Of a stretch of DNA of 64,000 nucleotides, positions 28,234-37,513 are shown piece after piece (positions within the stretch are counted from its first letter, which is position 1; the number at the start of each line of letters is the position of its first letter). The position numbers were made by a program, and so were the translations under genes. A model generated the notes under the pieces. It saw nothing but the letters and a program-made list of their open reading frames with translations. It was not told the DNA's origin and searched no databases. The stretch comes from an uncultured Thermococci archaeon. GTDB lineage: Archaea; Methanobacteriota_B; Thermococci; Methanofastidiosales; B48-G16. The stretch spans positions 143,153-207,152 of the forward strand of contig CAZQQT010000004.1 of the NCBI GenBank assembly GCA_964595645.1, given 5' to 3'.

Positions 28234-30060
28234 ATGAAAAAATGGGGATACCTTCTTGTGATCCTCCTCGTGAGCATAACATTCAAGTACACCATCATGG
28301 AGAGTGTTCACACTCTCCCATGCAGTGATGTGTATTTTTATTTAGATACGTCAAATGAACTTATTGCCTCTGGAGAAATACCCCGAGGAATCCACCCAAC
28401 ATTCCACATTTTTCTCAGTGAACTCTCACTCGTTTCCGGCGTGGACCTCATTCCATTTTTCTTTTACTTTGCACCTGTACTCAACGCCATCTTGATTCTC
28501 GCCGTGTTCGTCGCAGGATCCAGGCTGTACAATGAAAACGTCGGACTGTTCTCGGCGTTTTTTGCTGCCATCACGCCGATTATTTTCGTGCGGCACTCGC
28601 AGTTGATCGCGGAAAATCTTGTTATTCCGTTGTTTGTGTTATATTTTCTCTACCTTTGGAAGTTACTGGAGAAATGTGATGTTCGGTATGCAATAATTGT
28701 GATTTTTTCCTTTCTCGGGATGTTCTACGCACACGATCTCACCGGAGGTCTCGCCATCCTCCTCTCACTCGTTTTCATCCCTTTGAGACTCGCATTACGA
28801 AGGCGGTACATCGCGTCCGTTGGAAGCGTTGTTGTTGGAATTGCCGTATTACTGATGATCTTCGTCCTCCCCATGGAACGCCTCCCGGAGTTCAAGGAGT
28901 ACTACATTCCGCTGTACGAAATGGTGAAGGAGTACTTCGCATCGTTTTCCTACGGGACCGATACACTCATGCCGGTGAGAGTGTACGATCTCCTCCTCCC
29001 TACAGCGGCCGTCGGCATCCTCGGTCTCGGTGTAGTATGGCGGTATAAAAACATCGGATGGGTACTCTTCCTGTGCGGATCGCTTTTCTTCATGACGCAG
29101 GCGTACCGTATGGGCTTCAACTTCCTGCCGCATCGATTCGTCGTGTACCTCGCCATCCCGCTCGCCATCTTAGCGGGAATGTTCCTCGTGTGGATGTATA
29201 AAAAGATCAAAAGGAAAACACTGGCAGTGAGTATTATCTCGGTGATCCTCGGCGTCTCATTACTCTACGCTGTTTCGTACGACTTCCACTACACCGTGTT
29301 CGTCTCGGACAAGGATTTTGAGAGTCTCAGATGGGCACGCCACCACTGCGACGGCGAGATTCTCTCGTACTCCACCATCAAAAAGCATAAAGAGAAGTTC
29401 GAGGCCATCTCCAACACAGATGTCGAGTTCAAAAACCAATTGTTCCAGACCGGAAGCATCGATTTTAAACTACTCCAGATCGTCTCGGAGTGTTTCTCCA
29501 TCCCCATCACCGGTACCGCGTCGTCCGACACAATCTACTACGTGGGAGAACAAATAAAGAACGACAACTTCATCCGACTGAACAGGAGGGACAGGACGCA
29601 CACCTCGCTCGCTATTGTCCGCACGTTCTGGGGTGAGCCAGACACCGTGATTATCGCCGACGCGGTGGAGTACGAGCAGGGCGTCCAGTGGAGCATGACC
29701 TACCATCTCCCCGTAATCCTCTACGCCAAGGAAAACTATGAAGTGGTCATGGAATCCATCGAGTCGTGGCGTCCCCACGTGATCCTCGCCTCCGAGATCC
29801 CGGAACTCGCCCACGTGTTCGAGCTGAAGGGGATTCCGTACTCCACCACACCCACGGCACACCACACGTACCCGCCGAAGGAGGGAGTTGCGCTCTACTA
29901 CAACGAGTACGACATCCACGGGCTCCTCGAACACACATCACGGTACCTCTACCTCTCGCAGGAAGCGACAGAGGATTACCCCGATCTCGCCTCGCGGCTG
30001 CATACCACCAGCCTCAACAAATTCCACACGTCGGGAGTCTCCGCGTTTTACCTCAAATAA
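28234..30060 (+). CDS. Polytopic membrane protein, GT-C fold-like (lipid-phosphate-sugar-dependent transferase)
   Basis: D.Y.Y in first loop, HP.FH, E.L, H, RF..YL; ~11 TM plus soluble C-terminal domain; divergent from the DPM1-like gene. Confidence 0.6.
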   Translation: MKKWGYLLVILLVSITFKYTIMESVHTLPCSDVYFYLDTSNELIASGEIPRGIHPTFHIFLSELSLVSGVDLIPFFFYFAPVLNAILILAVFVAGSRLYNENVGLFSAFFAAITPIIFVRHSQLIAENLVIPLFVLYFLYLWKLLEKCDVRYAIIVIFSFLGMFYAHDLTGGLAILLSLVFIPLRLALRRRYIASVGSVVVGIAVLLMIFVLPMERLPEFKEYYIPLYEMVKEYFASFSYGTDTLMPVRVYDLLLPTAAVGILGLGVVWRYKNIGWVLFLCGSLFFMTQAYRMGFNFLPHRFVVYLAIPLAILAGMFLVWMYKKIKRKTLAVSIISVILGVSLLYAVSYDFHYTVFVSDKDFESLRWARHHCDGEILSYSTIKKHKEKFEAISNTDVEFKNQLFQTGSIDFKLLQIVSECFSIPITGTASSDTIYYVGEQIKNDNFIRLNRRDRTHTSLAIVRTFWGEPDTVIIADAVEYEQGVQWSMTYHLPVILYAKENYEVVMESIESWRPHVILASEIPELAHVFELKGIPYSTTPTAHHTYPPKEGVALYYNEYDIHGLLEHTSRYLYLSQEATEDYPDLASRLHTTSLNKFHTSGVSAFYLK

Positions 30061-30197
30061 TATACTGTGCTACCCCTACTGTAGTAGTAAAATGCAAATA
30101 ATGAGATACACGAATAGTATGCACACATCTTTGTTGAAAAGGTGTCCACCAATTGAAAAATAATATTCGTCCGATTTATTTTCACAATGCACTGTCC

Positions 30198-30497
30198 CTA
30201 CACCATGCGGAGAAGTTCCTCTGATTTCTTCCGCAGTTCTTTCGCTGATTCCGGTCCCTTCTGTATCGGGATGTCATTTTCTCTTAACCGTGTTTTCATT
30301 CTCTCGTAGGACAGTCCAGCGATCTCTGCTGCTTTGCCGAGGCTTATTCTACCATCCTTATAGAGCTCCATTACAATTTTCTCTCTGAACTCTTTGTTCG
30401 CAGCGAGAAACATATTCACAGCATCGCGTAATACAACATCTTTATCATAGCCAATTTTTTCCGATGCTTTCAGGATGTCCTCTACATCTGTTTCCAT
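30198..30497 (-). CDS. UPF0175-family antitoxin (orphan)
   Basis: ELYKDGRISLGKAAEIAGLS signature; no PIN/DUF3368 partner downstream. Confidence 0.8.
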   Translation of the reverse strand: METDVEDILKASEKIGYDKDVVLRDAVNMFLAANKEFREKIVMELYKDGRISLGKAAEIAGLSYERMKTRLRENDIPIQKGPESAKELRKKSEELLRMV

Positions 30498-30642
30498 AAT
30501 GGTCCACCGTTGTCTTCTGTCTATTTTTTGGTATGTAATAGTTTCCTTCCGCATTTTTCTCCATGAATAAGAAACCACGTCACCTTCCTTTTGTGGAAGA
30601 TGGTACGTTCACTCCTCTCTTGTCTTCTGAATAAAATGAATT

Positions 30643-30906
30643 CTACAACAACTTCGAAAAATCATCATATACATGCGTTCTATGTCCGATGAACAGCACC
30701 AGTATTCTATCAGCCTCGTGATCTATCTCATAGATAACCCTGTAATCTCCAGCTCGCTGTTTCCAGAACGACGAATGTGTTAAATGTGTGCCTCGTTTTT
30801 CTGGGAGTGTTTTGAGCTCTTTGATGTTGTTCTTAATTCTGTTTTCGATTGTGGGATCGCAGGAGTTGAGAAATGCCTTTGGATGGAGGAGTATTCTGTA
30901 TGTCAT
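30643..30906 (-). CDS. RelE/ParE-family toxin
   Basis: Y.I.L...A, I..L, R.GDYRVIYEI, GHR..VY. Confidence 0.85.
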   Translation of the reverse strand: MTYRILLHPKAFLNSCDPTIENRIKNNIKELKTLPEKRGTHLTHSSFWKQRAGDYRVIYEIDHEADRILVLFIGHRTHVYDDFSKLL

Positions 30907-31121
30907 TTGCGCTCAAATGGAATGAGTATTTCAGGGGTTTCTTTTGCTTCCCTGCTTCGATCGGTCAGCATCCTGTAGAACTCACGAGTTTTTTCTCGTT
31001 CCTGATGCAACGCGATCATCGTTCTGATCGCCTCGCTCCTACTTTTAAATTTACCCTTTCTCACCTGCTCATCGATTTCTTTGACCGTGTCTTCTGACAG
31101 TCTCAGCTGGACCTGGACCAT
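30903..31121 (-). CDS. Ribbon-helix-helix antitoxin (CopG/RelB-like)
   Basis: VQVQLRL...V..ID..V..G.F.SRSEAIR; ATGA overlap with the toxin. Confidence 0.85.
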   Translation of the reverse strand: MVQVQLRLSEDTVKEIDEQVRKGKFKSRSEAIRTMIALHQEREKTREFYRMLTDRSREAKETPEILIPFERK

Positions 31122-31130
31122 TCACTCACC

Positions 31131-31148
31131 GTAAACATAATCGTTTAC
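31131..31148. promoter_or_regulatory. Palindromic operator candidate for the RHH antitoxin
   Basis: GTAAAC-N6-GTTTAC between the TATA-like box (TTTATAAC on minus, ~31153-31160) and the RBS. Confidence 0.55.
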
Positions 31149-31346
31149 AACAGTTATAAAGGGTGCGATCGAGATTGCTATGACACAATACCCCTTGTAT
31201 CCGTAAAAGTAAATCCTAAATACCACGCGCTCATTCGGGTAGCTTGTTGTTTTTTCTCAAAATAGTGAGAACCTCTGGAATATTACCTTTTACATACCCA
31301 GATAATAGGCACGATCACTTCGATACATTTCAAAAGGTATCGATGC

Positions 31347-32183
31347 TTATTCCTTTCCTCTCACCGTCACCCAGAGGTGGAGATCCCGGTACTGCTCCCC
31401 GCCTTTGTACAGGAGGAACTGCAGCTTCATCTCTTCACCTGTAATGGTAGGCGTAATCTCCACACGATGCTCCCATTTCTCCTCGTGTGAGAGGGTGAGC
31501 TTCTCTTCGTAGAGCGTTTCACCTTTCAGGACAACGTCGATCCGATACTGCGCCACCGCATGCTCCCTGTTGACCACGCCGATAATCAGCTCTTTCGACT
31601 CGCCGAGCGTGTACTCCGTGGGGTAGTCCGCCGCTTTTCCCCCGGGACCCAGAATGTAGAACTCGGTGAACCGTTCTCCTACCTTCGGCGTGACAATCAC
31701 GTAGACGAGCATCCCCACCGCCGCAACGATCGAGATCACCAGGATCACGGAGAGCGCCTTGTCAAGCCGGGACCCCGAAAACAGTCCGGTATCCTTCGGG
31801 AATGACACCACAAACCGTTCCTCCTCGGGAAGCATCTTTCTCCTAAGGAACGCACCAATGAGACAGATAACCGTGAACAACGAGATACTCACGAGGATCG
31901 GGTTCAACCGGATGCCCCACGGCGTGTAGTTCAGCCCCAGCCCGATCAAGGGCACAACAGCAATGGACAGTCCCAACGACAACGCGAGCCGCTCGATCCC
32001 ATCGATATCATCCTTCCGCGGGAACAACACAGCTATCAGCGCGTACCCCGGAAAAAATAAAATGAAGAGTAGCCCGAAGACGGTACGGATGGCACCGAGA
32101 TCGTAGTACACCGAGACAACGGTCACCACTACAGCCACGAACGAAAGGAACAGGTCTCTGGAGTGTGCCATACCTTCACTCAC
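31347..32183 (-). CDS. DUF1616 membrane protein
   Basis: PGYAL...LFP, ERLALS.GLSIA..PL.GL.LN.TPWG, FTEFYILG..GKA..YP. Confidence 0.88.
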   Translation of the reverse strand: MSEGMAHSRDLFLSFVAVVVTVVSVYYDLGAIRTVFGLLFILFFPGYALIAVLFPRKDDIDGIERLALSLGLSIAVVPLIGLGLNYTPWGIRLNPILVSISLFTVICLIGAFLRRKMLPEEERFVVSFPKDTGLFSGSRLDKALSVILVISIVAAVGMLVYVIVTPKVGERFTEFYILGPGGKAADYPTEYTLGESKELIIGVVNREHAVAQYRIDVVLKGETLYEEKLTLSHEEKWEHRVEITPTITGEEMKLQFLLYKGGEQYRDLHLWVTVRGKE

Positions 32184-32545
32184 AACACTTTCTTAATAAA
32201 CTTTGTTCCCACGCGCACGTACTTCTGCACCGCCTCGATAAAGATCTCCCGTTGTTCCTCGTAGGTGTGGACGTAGTGATCGGCGATCTCCCGGCTTTCC
32301 AGCTCCTTCATGACCAGCCGTTTCTGCACCTGCGTAATCTTCGGTTTCCGTCGGTTCTCAAGAATTCTCGAGAGCTGTGCCAGACAGTTCTGGAAGTATC
32401 CAATCTTTTTTCCCCGTTTTCCTTCCGCTGTGAACACCAACCCACAAGTTGTGCAGTAGTACCGTCTTCTCGTGGTGGTCGGTTCTTCCTCCTCTCTCGG
32501 AGCCCATACACGATCCTGCGGATCACATCGCTCATGACTGCACAT
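32180..32545 (-). CDS. Small Zn-ribbon-containing hypothetical protein
   Basis: C.H...C and CTTCG; GTGA overlap with the DUF1616 gene. Confidence 0.65.
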   Translation of the reverse strand: MCSHERCDPQDRVWAPREEEEPTTTRRRYYCTTCGLVFTAEGKRGKKIGYFQNCLAQLSRILENRRKPKITQVQKRLVMKELESREIADHYVHTYEEQREIFIEAVQKYVRVGTKFIKKVL

Positions 32546-32826
32546 GATACCATCCTCTACCGAAACCCTACCCTCCTCTCATCCTGTGCGTCAATTAAGG
32601 CGGGGCTTCCTCTATTCACTCTTGCTTATATTGTAGGTGTCAAAGGTAAAAAAGATATACCATTACACATTTAAAAAGGTTTCGGATTAAGATAAATAAA
32701 AATGATTGAATGAAAAAATAGTCTTTAAAAACTGGAAAATATCATTAACTGAGGAGTTATTAACACGCGGATTGTGCCAATTTATGTTAAGAAAGCTTTA
32801 AATATAAGATTGTACCACTTACTAGC

Positions 32827-34305
32827 ATGGAAAAAAAGCCACCGCTGTTTCTGTTCCTTTTTTTCACGTTGTGCGTCGTGAGCGTCAGCGCCGCCTGGCC
32901 CATGTTCCGCCACGATCTCCAGCACACCGGTCACACCGCTGACGAGATACCCGATGAACTTGAGCTCGCATGGACGTACGACACCGGGAGCAGCATTCAC
33001 TCGTCTCCTGCCGTCGCCGATAGAAAGGTCTACTTCGGATCGGAAGATCACCATGTGTACTGTCTTGACGCCGTGACGGGAGAACTCCTGTGGACGTACG
33101 AAACAGATGGCCGCGTAAGATCTTCACCTACAGTCATCGACGGCAGAGTGTACATCGGATCGTACGATCACTCTCTTTACTGTCTGGACGCACGTACAGG
33201 AATGTTGTTATGGACATACAAAACAGACGGGTGGGTTGGATCCTCTCCTGCAATTTACCATGAAAACCTCTACATCGGATCGTACGACTACCACGTCTAC
33301 TCCCTCAACATCCACACCCAAATCCCACGATGGCAGTACACCACAGGGAGTTACGTGAGATCCTCGCCGGCATTTTACCACGGAAAGATCTACATCGGAT
33401 CCTACGACTACAAGGTGTACTGTCTCGATGCAGCCACTGGAGAACAGGTGTGGAGCTACAACACCGGTTACTGGATAGGATCGTCCCCCACAGTCGCCAA
33501 CGGAAAGGTCTACATCGGATCCCACAACGGACAGCTCTACTGCCTGGACGCGGCCACAGGATCCCTCCGGTGGAAGTACAAAATGCAGTATGTGGACTCC
33601 TCTCCCGCCGTCGCCGATGGAAAGGTGTACGTGGGATCCCAGGATCACTCCCTCTACTGCCTCGAGGCACAGACCGGGAGGAAGGTATGGCAGTACACAA
33701 CAAACGGGAAGATCACCTCGTCTCCTGCCGTCGCCGATAGAAAGGTCTATTTTGGATCGGAAGATCACCATGTGTACTGTCTCAACGCAGACACGGGTGA
33801 GTTACTGTGGAACTACGAGACAGGCGGTGAAATCCACAGTTCTCCCGCCGTCGCCGATGGAAGGCTCTACGTGGGATCCTCCGACGGGAAACTCTACTGT
33901 TTCAGGGAAAAGAGAGCAACGCTCATAGTGGAGTCCATCCCAGTGGCATTGGTTTATATCAACGAGAAGTACATGGGTACCACACCGCTCACGGTAGCGT
34001 TGGAGAAAGGAACGTACACCGTACAACTGAAAAAAGAGTCCTACAAATCATATACCCAATCCATCGAACTACGCCCGGGAGAAAACAAGCAAATCTCTGT
34101 GAGTCTCACCGAAATCCCGAAGCCTTCAGTCTCACAACCTACCACCCCGCCCAGTAACACGATCTCGCCCCATGTATCACCTCAAGAACACAACATAATT
34201 CTTTATGCCTGTGTTCTCGGTGCGCTCATCGTGATGATATCCCTCGCGTTCTATTTCCTAAAGAAAAAGAAAAACCAGTTCTCGTTCTTCGAAGAGAGGA
34301 AGTAA
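32827..34305 (+). CDS. Cell-surface PQQ-like 8-bladed beta-propeller with PEGA domain and C-terminal anchor
   Basis: Signal peptide, WPMFRHD, eight ~40-aa SSP(A/T)...Y.GS.D..YCL...TG...W repeats, PEGA (VYIN..Y.G.TP), Pro/Ser/Thr linker, TM plus KKKK. Confidence 0.9.
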   Translation: MEKKPPLFLFLFFTLCVVSVSAAWPMFRHDLQHTGHTADEIPDELELAWTYDTGSSIHSSPAVADRKVYFGSEDHHVYCLDAVTGELLWTYETDGRVRSSPTVIDGRVYIGSYDHSLYCLDARTGMLLWTYKTDGWVGSSPAIYHENLYIGSYDYHVYSLNIHTQIPRWQYTTGSYVRSSPAFYHGKIYIGSYDYKVYCLDAATGEQVWSYNTGYWIGSSPTVANGKVYIGSHNGQLYCLDAATGSLRWKYKMQYVDSSPAVADGKVYVGSQDHSLYCLEAQTGRKVWQYTTNGKITSSPAVADRKVYFGSEDHHVYCLNADTGELLWNYETGGEIHSSPAVADGRLYVGSSDGKLYCFREKRATLIVESIPVALVYINEKYMGTTPLTVALEKGTYTVQLKKESYKSYTQSIELRPGENKQISVSLTEIPKPSVSQPTTPPSNTISPHVSPQEHNIILYACVLGALIVMISLAFYFLKKKKNQFSFFEERK

Positions 34306-34428
34306 TTTGTCTGTCCAAAACCTTGGAATCAGTTTTTCAGTGTTTTAGTTGATAAAGAAGGTCTTGTAAGAATATACCAACAAATATGAAAATAATTCAG
34401 ATTGATATCATCAAATCCGTTTCACCTA

Positions 34429-34809
34429 CTTGGTTGCATAATTCGTTCTGACGATCTATTCCTCTACCTCTTTTCTTCTACAACTCCCTCAAAAACTGAC
34501 AGTAGTGAAAGTACTGTCATTTGATCACAAACTCGTATTTGGTGATTTATTGACTCCAATTTCTCGTCATAGGTTAGGTTGGTTTGGAGGGTTTAAAACA
34601 GTTACTCACCACAGATCGACATAGTGTCGGAGACCTATGTCCAGTTGTAGCGAGTTACTGAAGAAGTTATCTCAATAAACGCTCACATGATGTCATGTGA
34701 GCTTCCTGCAACGTGGCACAGTTTCACTGTGCCCTTCGGACACAGCCCTACCTGTATCCGTAAGTTCTGCCTGTGTAGGTTTCTGTTTTCGGTGATTTAT
34801 GCAACACAG
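34429..34809. mobile_element. Possible MITE/IS remnant with terminal inverted repeats and internal hairpins
   Basis: CTTGGTTGCATAATTC (34429) vs reverse complement CTGTGTTGCATAAATC (ending 34809); five internal stems; no substantial ORF. Confidence 0.4.
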
Positions 34810-34867
34810 CACAAAAAAGGCAAAATATTTAAAAACAAAAAACAAAGAGAGTGTATAGAGAATTAAT

Positions 34868-35308
34868 ATGAAAAGAGCATCGATAACAAGAATAACGGGA
34901 CTGGAAAAGAGGCTTTTAGAGTGTCTGAATGAGCAGACACATGTAAAACTCGCCTATCTCTTTGGTTCAAGAGCAGAAGGAAAAGAAGGGAAATTAAGCG
35001 ATATAGATATAGCAGTCTTGCTGGATGAATCATTGAGTAAGAAGGAAAGGGTTGATCTACAACTAAAACTGATATCCACGTTAACACGCACCCTGAAAAT
35101 GGAGTGGGTTGACCTGATTGTAATGAATGATGCCCCGCTCTCACTCAATTATGAAATAATAAAGGCAAATCATCCGTTACTTGTGAGAGATAAAGAGGAG
35201 AAGATAGATTTTGAGCATAAAATACTATCCAGATACCTCGATAGGAGGTACTATGAAAAGAAGTGGACATCCGAGTTCCTGAAAAAGGTCGCTGAAAGAG
35301 GGATTTAG
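34868..35308 (+). CDS. MntA-type minimal nucleotidyltransferase antitoxin (type VII TA)
   Basis: AYLFGSRA.G....SDIDIAV, VDL..N.AP.L. Confidence 0.9.
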   Translation: MKRASITRITGLEKRLLECLNEQTHVKLAYLFGSRAEGKEGKLSDIDIAVLLDESLSKKERVDLQLKLISTLTRTLKMEWVDLIVMNDAPLSLNYEIIKANHPLLVRDKEEKIDFEHKILSRYLDRRYYEKKWTSEFLKKVAERGI

Positions 35309-35309
35309 A

Positions 35310-35732
35310 ATGGATGAAAAAGAGAAAGTCGCCAGAAAGATTAAGAACATGAAGAAATACGTTGATTTTTTGAGGTCATATAAATCGATAACAAAGGAAA
35401 GATTGGAAGAAGACTATCAGCTAAGGTCTGCTATCGAACGAAATCTTCATCTTGCTATCGAATCTGCCTTAGACATTGGGGGAATCATCATTTCAGCAGA
35501 AGATTTTGAAAAGCCAGAGGATTACAGGAGTGTTATACTGATACTTGGAAAACATGAAGTTATTCCACACGATTTTGCAGAAAAATTTGCTGAAGCGGCA
35601 AAACTTAGAAATATTTTGGTTCACATGTATGCTGAAGTTGATACAGAGGTTATTTATGAAATATTGCAAAACAATCTCGGAGACTTTGATGAGTTTGCAA
35701 AGTTCATAGCAAAACATTTGAAGGGAAATTAA
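35310..35732 (+). CDS. HepT/DUF86 HEPN ribonuclease toxin
   Basis: A.ER.L..AIE...DI, P..Y, RNILVHMY (Rx4HxY). Confidence 0.9.
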   Translation: MDEKEKVARKIKNMKKYVDFLRSYKSITKERLEEDYQLRSAIERNLHLAIESALDIGGIIISAEDFEKPEDYRSVILILGKHEVIPHDFAEKFAEAAKLRNILVHMYAEVDTEVIYEILQNNLGDFDEFAKFIAKHLKGN

Positions 35733-35749
35733 CATTGGGGGAGCACTAA

Positions 35750-35774
35750 ATCGCAGAAGCGTTGGTTCTGTGAT
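35750..35774 (+). terminator. Stem-loop downstream of the HEPN gene
   Basis: ATCGCAGAA/TTCTGTGAT 9-bp stem (one G-U) 18 nt after the stop. Confidence 0.3.
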
Positions 35775-35880
35775 CTGATCACAAAGCCTATGTCTTTGTA
35801 ATTTAATAAGAAACAAGATAGAGACTCCAAAAGATCTTATAACTACATCTTGTATTATGAAAAAACATGGGTGAGCAAAA

Positions 35881-36096
35881 ATGAGTGATACACAAATTCT
35901 TAAAGAGCATTTAGATCGCATGACACAGGAGTTGGAACAAATAAAAAAAATTGTCATACGATTAGAAGAGAGAGATAAAGAAAAGACCGAGGAGGCATGG
36001 GTTGATCTGATGAAGGCATCCAAGGAGATTTCACGGCGTTGGGAAGGTGTTTCTGCCGTAAATGAGATCAAAAACCAAAGGGAGAAGAAATGGTGA
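35881..36096 (+). CDS. Putative VapB-type antitoxin
   Basis: 71 aa, coiled-coil, C-terminal SAV.EI..QR; overlaps a PIN start. Confidence 0.7.
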   Translation: MSDTQILKEHLDRMTQELEQIKKIVIRLEERDKEKTEEAWVDLMKASKEISRRWEGVSAVNEIKNQREKKW

Positions 36097-36179
36097 AATA
36101 TATCACTCTGGATAGCTCTGTTATTGTCGCAACTTTAAGAGAACAAGAAGAAAATCATGAAATGTGCAAAAGTTTTTAA
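36090..36179 (+). pseudogene. VapC/PIN toxin, truncated after 29 aa
   Basis: MVKYITLDSSVIVA...E..HE PIN N-terminus, ending in TAA that lies inside the next module's TATA box (AAAAGTTTTTAAG). Confidence 0.75.
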
Positions 36180-36214
36180 GCAATAACAAAGAAGAAGATA
36201 GCAGGTGTGAATGT

Positions 36215-36394
36215 ATGGATATCTCAGAAATCGAAAAAAGGTTGTATAAAGTTGATAATGATCTCAATGAAATAATAAAGATGGTGAGAGAGCTAAAAAA
36301 ACCTGAAGCTAATGTGGTAGAGGGAGCGTGGGGATACGACGTTGACAGCTGTGGATTTGTAAGAGAGTTGAGACAAACAAAAAGGATTATATGA
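36215..36394 (+). CDS. Putative VapB-type antitoxin
   Basis: 59 aa, G.W...DS..FVRELR; AGGTG RBS; ATGA overlap with the PIN gene. Confidence 0.7.
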   Translation: MDISEIEKRLYKVDNDLNEIIKMVRELKKPEANVVEGAWGYDVDSCGFVRELRQTKRII

Positions 36395-36804
36395 TGTTCA
36401 TTGATACGTCTATTTTCGTCGATGTGTGACGATCCACACAAGTAGAACCATCCAAATCATTGTTCAAAAGTATACATGCAGGGGATGAGGGATTTGCTTC
36501 TGTAATTACAGTTGCAGAACTTAGTGTAGGAGCACACCGATCTCCACGAGAGGATGCACTGGAAAAGACTTTCAAACTGTTATCCCTTGTCCCTGTATGT
36601 GATCTGACTGCCGAAATAGCATCAAAAGGAGGGAGGATCTATGGCATGCTGGCAGAGAGGGGAAAGGAAGTAGAACTCAATGATTGTCTCATTGCCGCTA
36701 CATTTCTCTCCCTCGACATTCGCAAAGTAGTCACGAGAGACATCGATCATTTCTCCAGAATAGATACTATCGAAGTAGTAACTCCAGAGGATTTGGGGTT
36801 CTAA
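36391..36804 (+). pseudogene. VapC/PIN toxin with nonsense mutation
   Basis: MMFIDTSIFVDV then in-frame TGA 36427-29; continues SVITVAEL, D.LIAAT, VT.D..HF. Confidence 0.85.
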
Positions 36805-36936
36805 TCGGTATAAAATAGTAATTTTTTCATACGTCACAGAGAAAATCTTTCACAGGAGGTAGTGGAAACCATAGTCCATCTATGCCTGCGGAAGATACAC
36901 TTACTTTACTCACGTGAAAAAAAGAAAAAAAGAGGC

Positions 36937-37270
36937 CTACATCTTCGCAATGAAAAAGCAGTATGCACCTGCGAGGATGAGGAAAATACCGATGGCTCCC
37001 TCAAAGACGATTTTGAGTTCCTCCCATTCATCATCGAGCTCTCAACCAACACAGCTCATTCCATGTGGAGAATAGATCTATAAAACTGTCGATGATCTGA
37101 GCATGGCCCAGCGAAGCGGAGGAGTCAGTAGTTTTTGGCCTGCGGCAACACGAAGAACGCAATGGCGAACATGGTAAGAGGGCCCAGTACACCTTCTTTC
37201 GCAATGACCTCCACACCGTGGTCTCCTTGCAGATCCTCCGTTACCGGTGTACCATGCACATTCCACAGAA
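36937..37270 (-). pseudogene. Degraded membrane-protein gene remnant (CcdA/DsbD-like C-terminus?)
   Basis: Fragments in different frames: VIAKEGVLGPLTMFAIAFF, SLGHA.II, ELKIVFEGAIGIFLILAGAYCFFIAKM*, followed by an oligo-T tract. Confidence 0.4.
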
Positions 37271-37312
37271 TGAGACGAAAGTAATTTAAAGTTTTTAATA
37301 AGAGAGTAGGGT

Positions 37313-37513
37313 ATGCCAAAGATCATCAAGGTCATCTACGAGGATGGGGTCTTCAAGCCCGTTGAAAAGGTCGAGCTGAAAGAAAAAAGTAATTACAAAA
37401 TTATAATAAAAGATGACATAGAAACCCTTAGAGGAAAATACGGCAGAGGTAAAAAGGTCAACATAGAGGAACTTAGAGATGAAATGTATGATAGAAGATC
37501 CCATATTCGTTGA
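37313..37513 (+). CDS. AF2212/DUF104-family antitoxin
   Basis: MPKIIKVIYEDGVFKP..KVEL; TTTTTAAT TATA box ~25 bp upstream (leaderless). Confidence 0.88.
   Translation: MPKIIKVIYEDGVFKPVEKVELKEKSNYKIIIKDDIETLRGKYGRGKKVNIEELRDEMYDRRSHIR

Noticed and set aside
32960-33900. CRISPR-like periodic repeats
   Set aside because: The ~120-bp periodicity is the coding repeat of the beta-propeller; there are no unique spacers or cas genes
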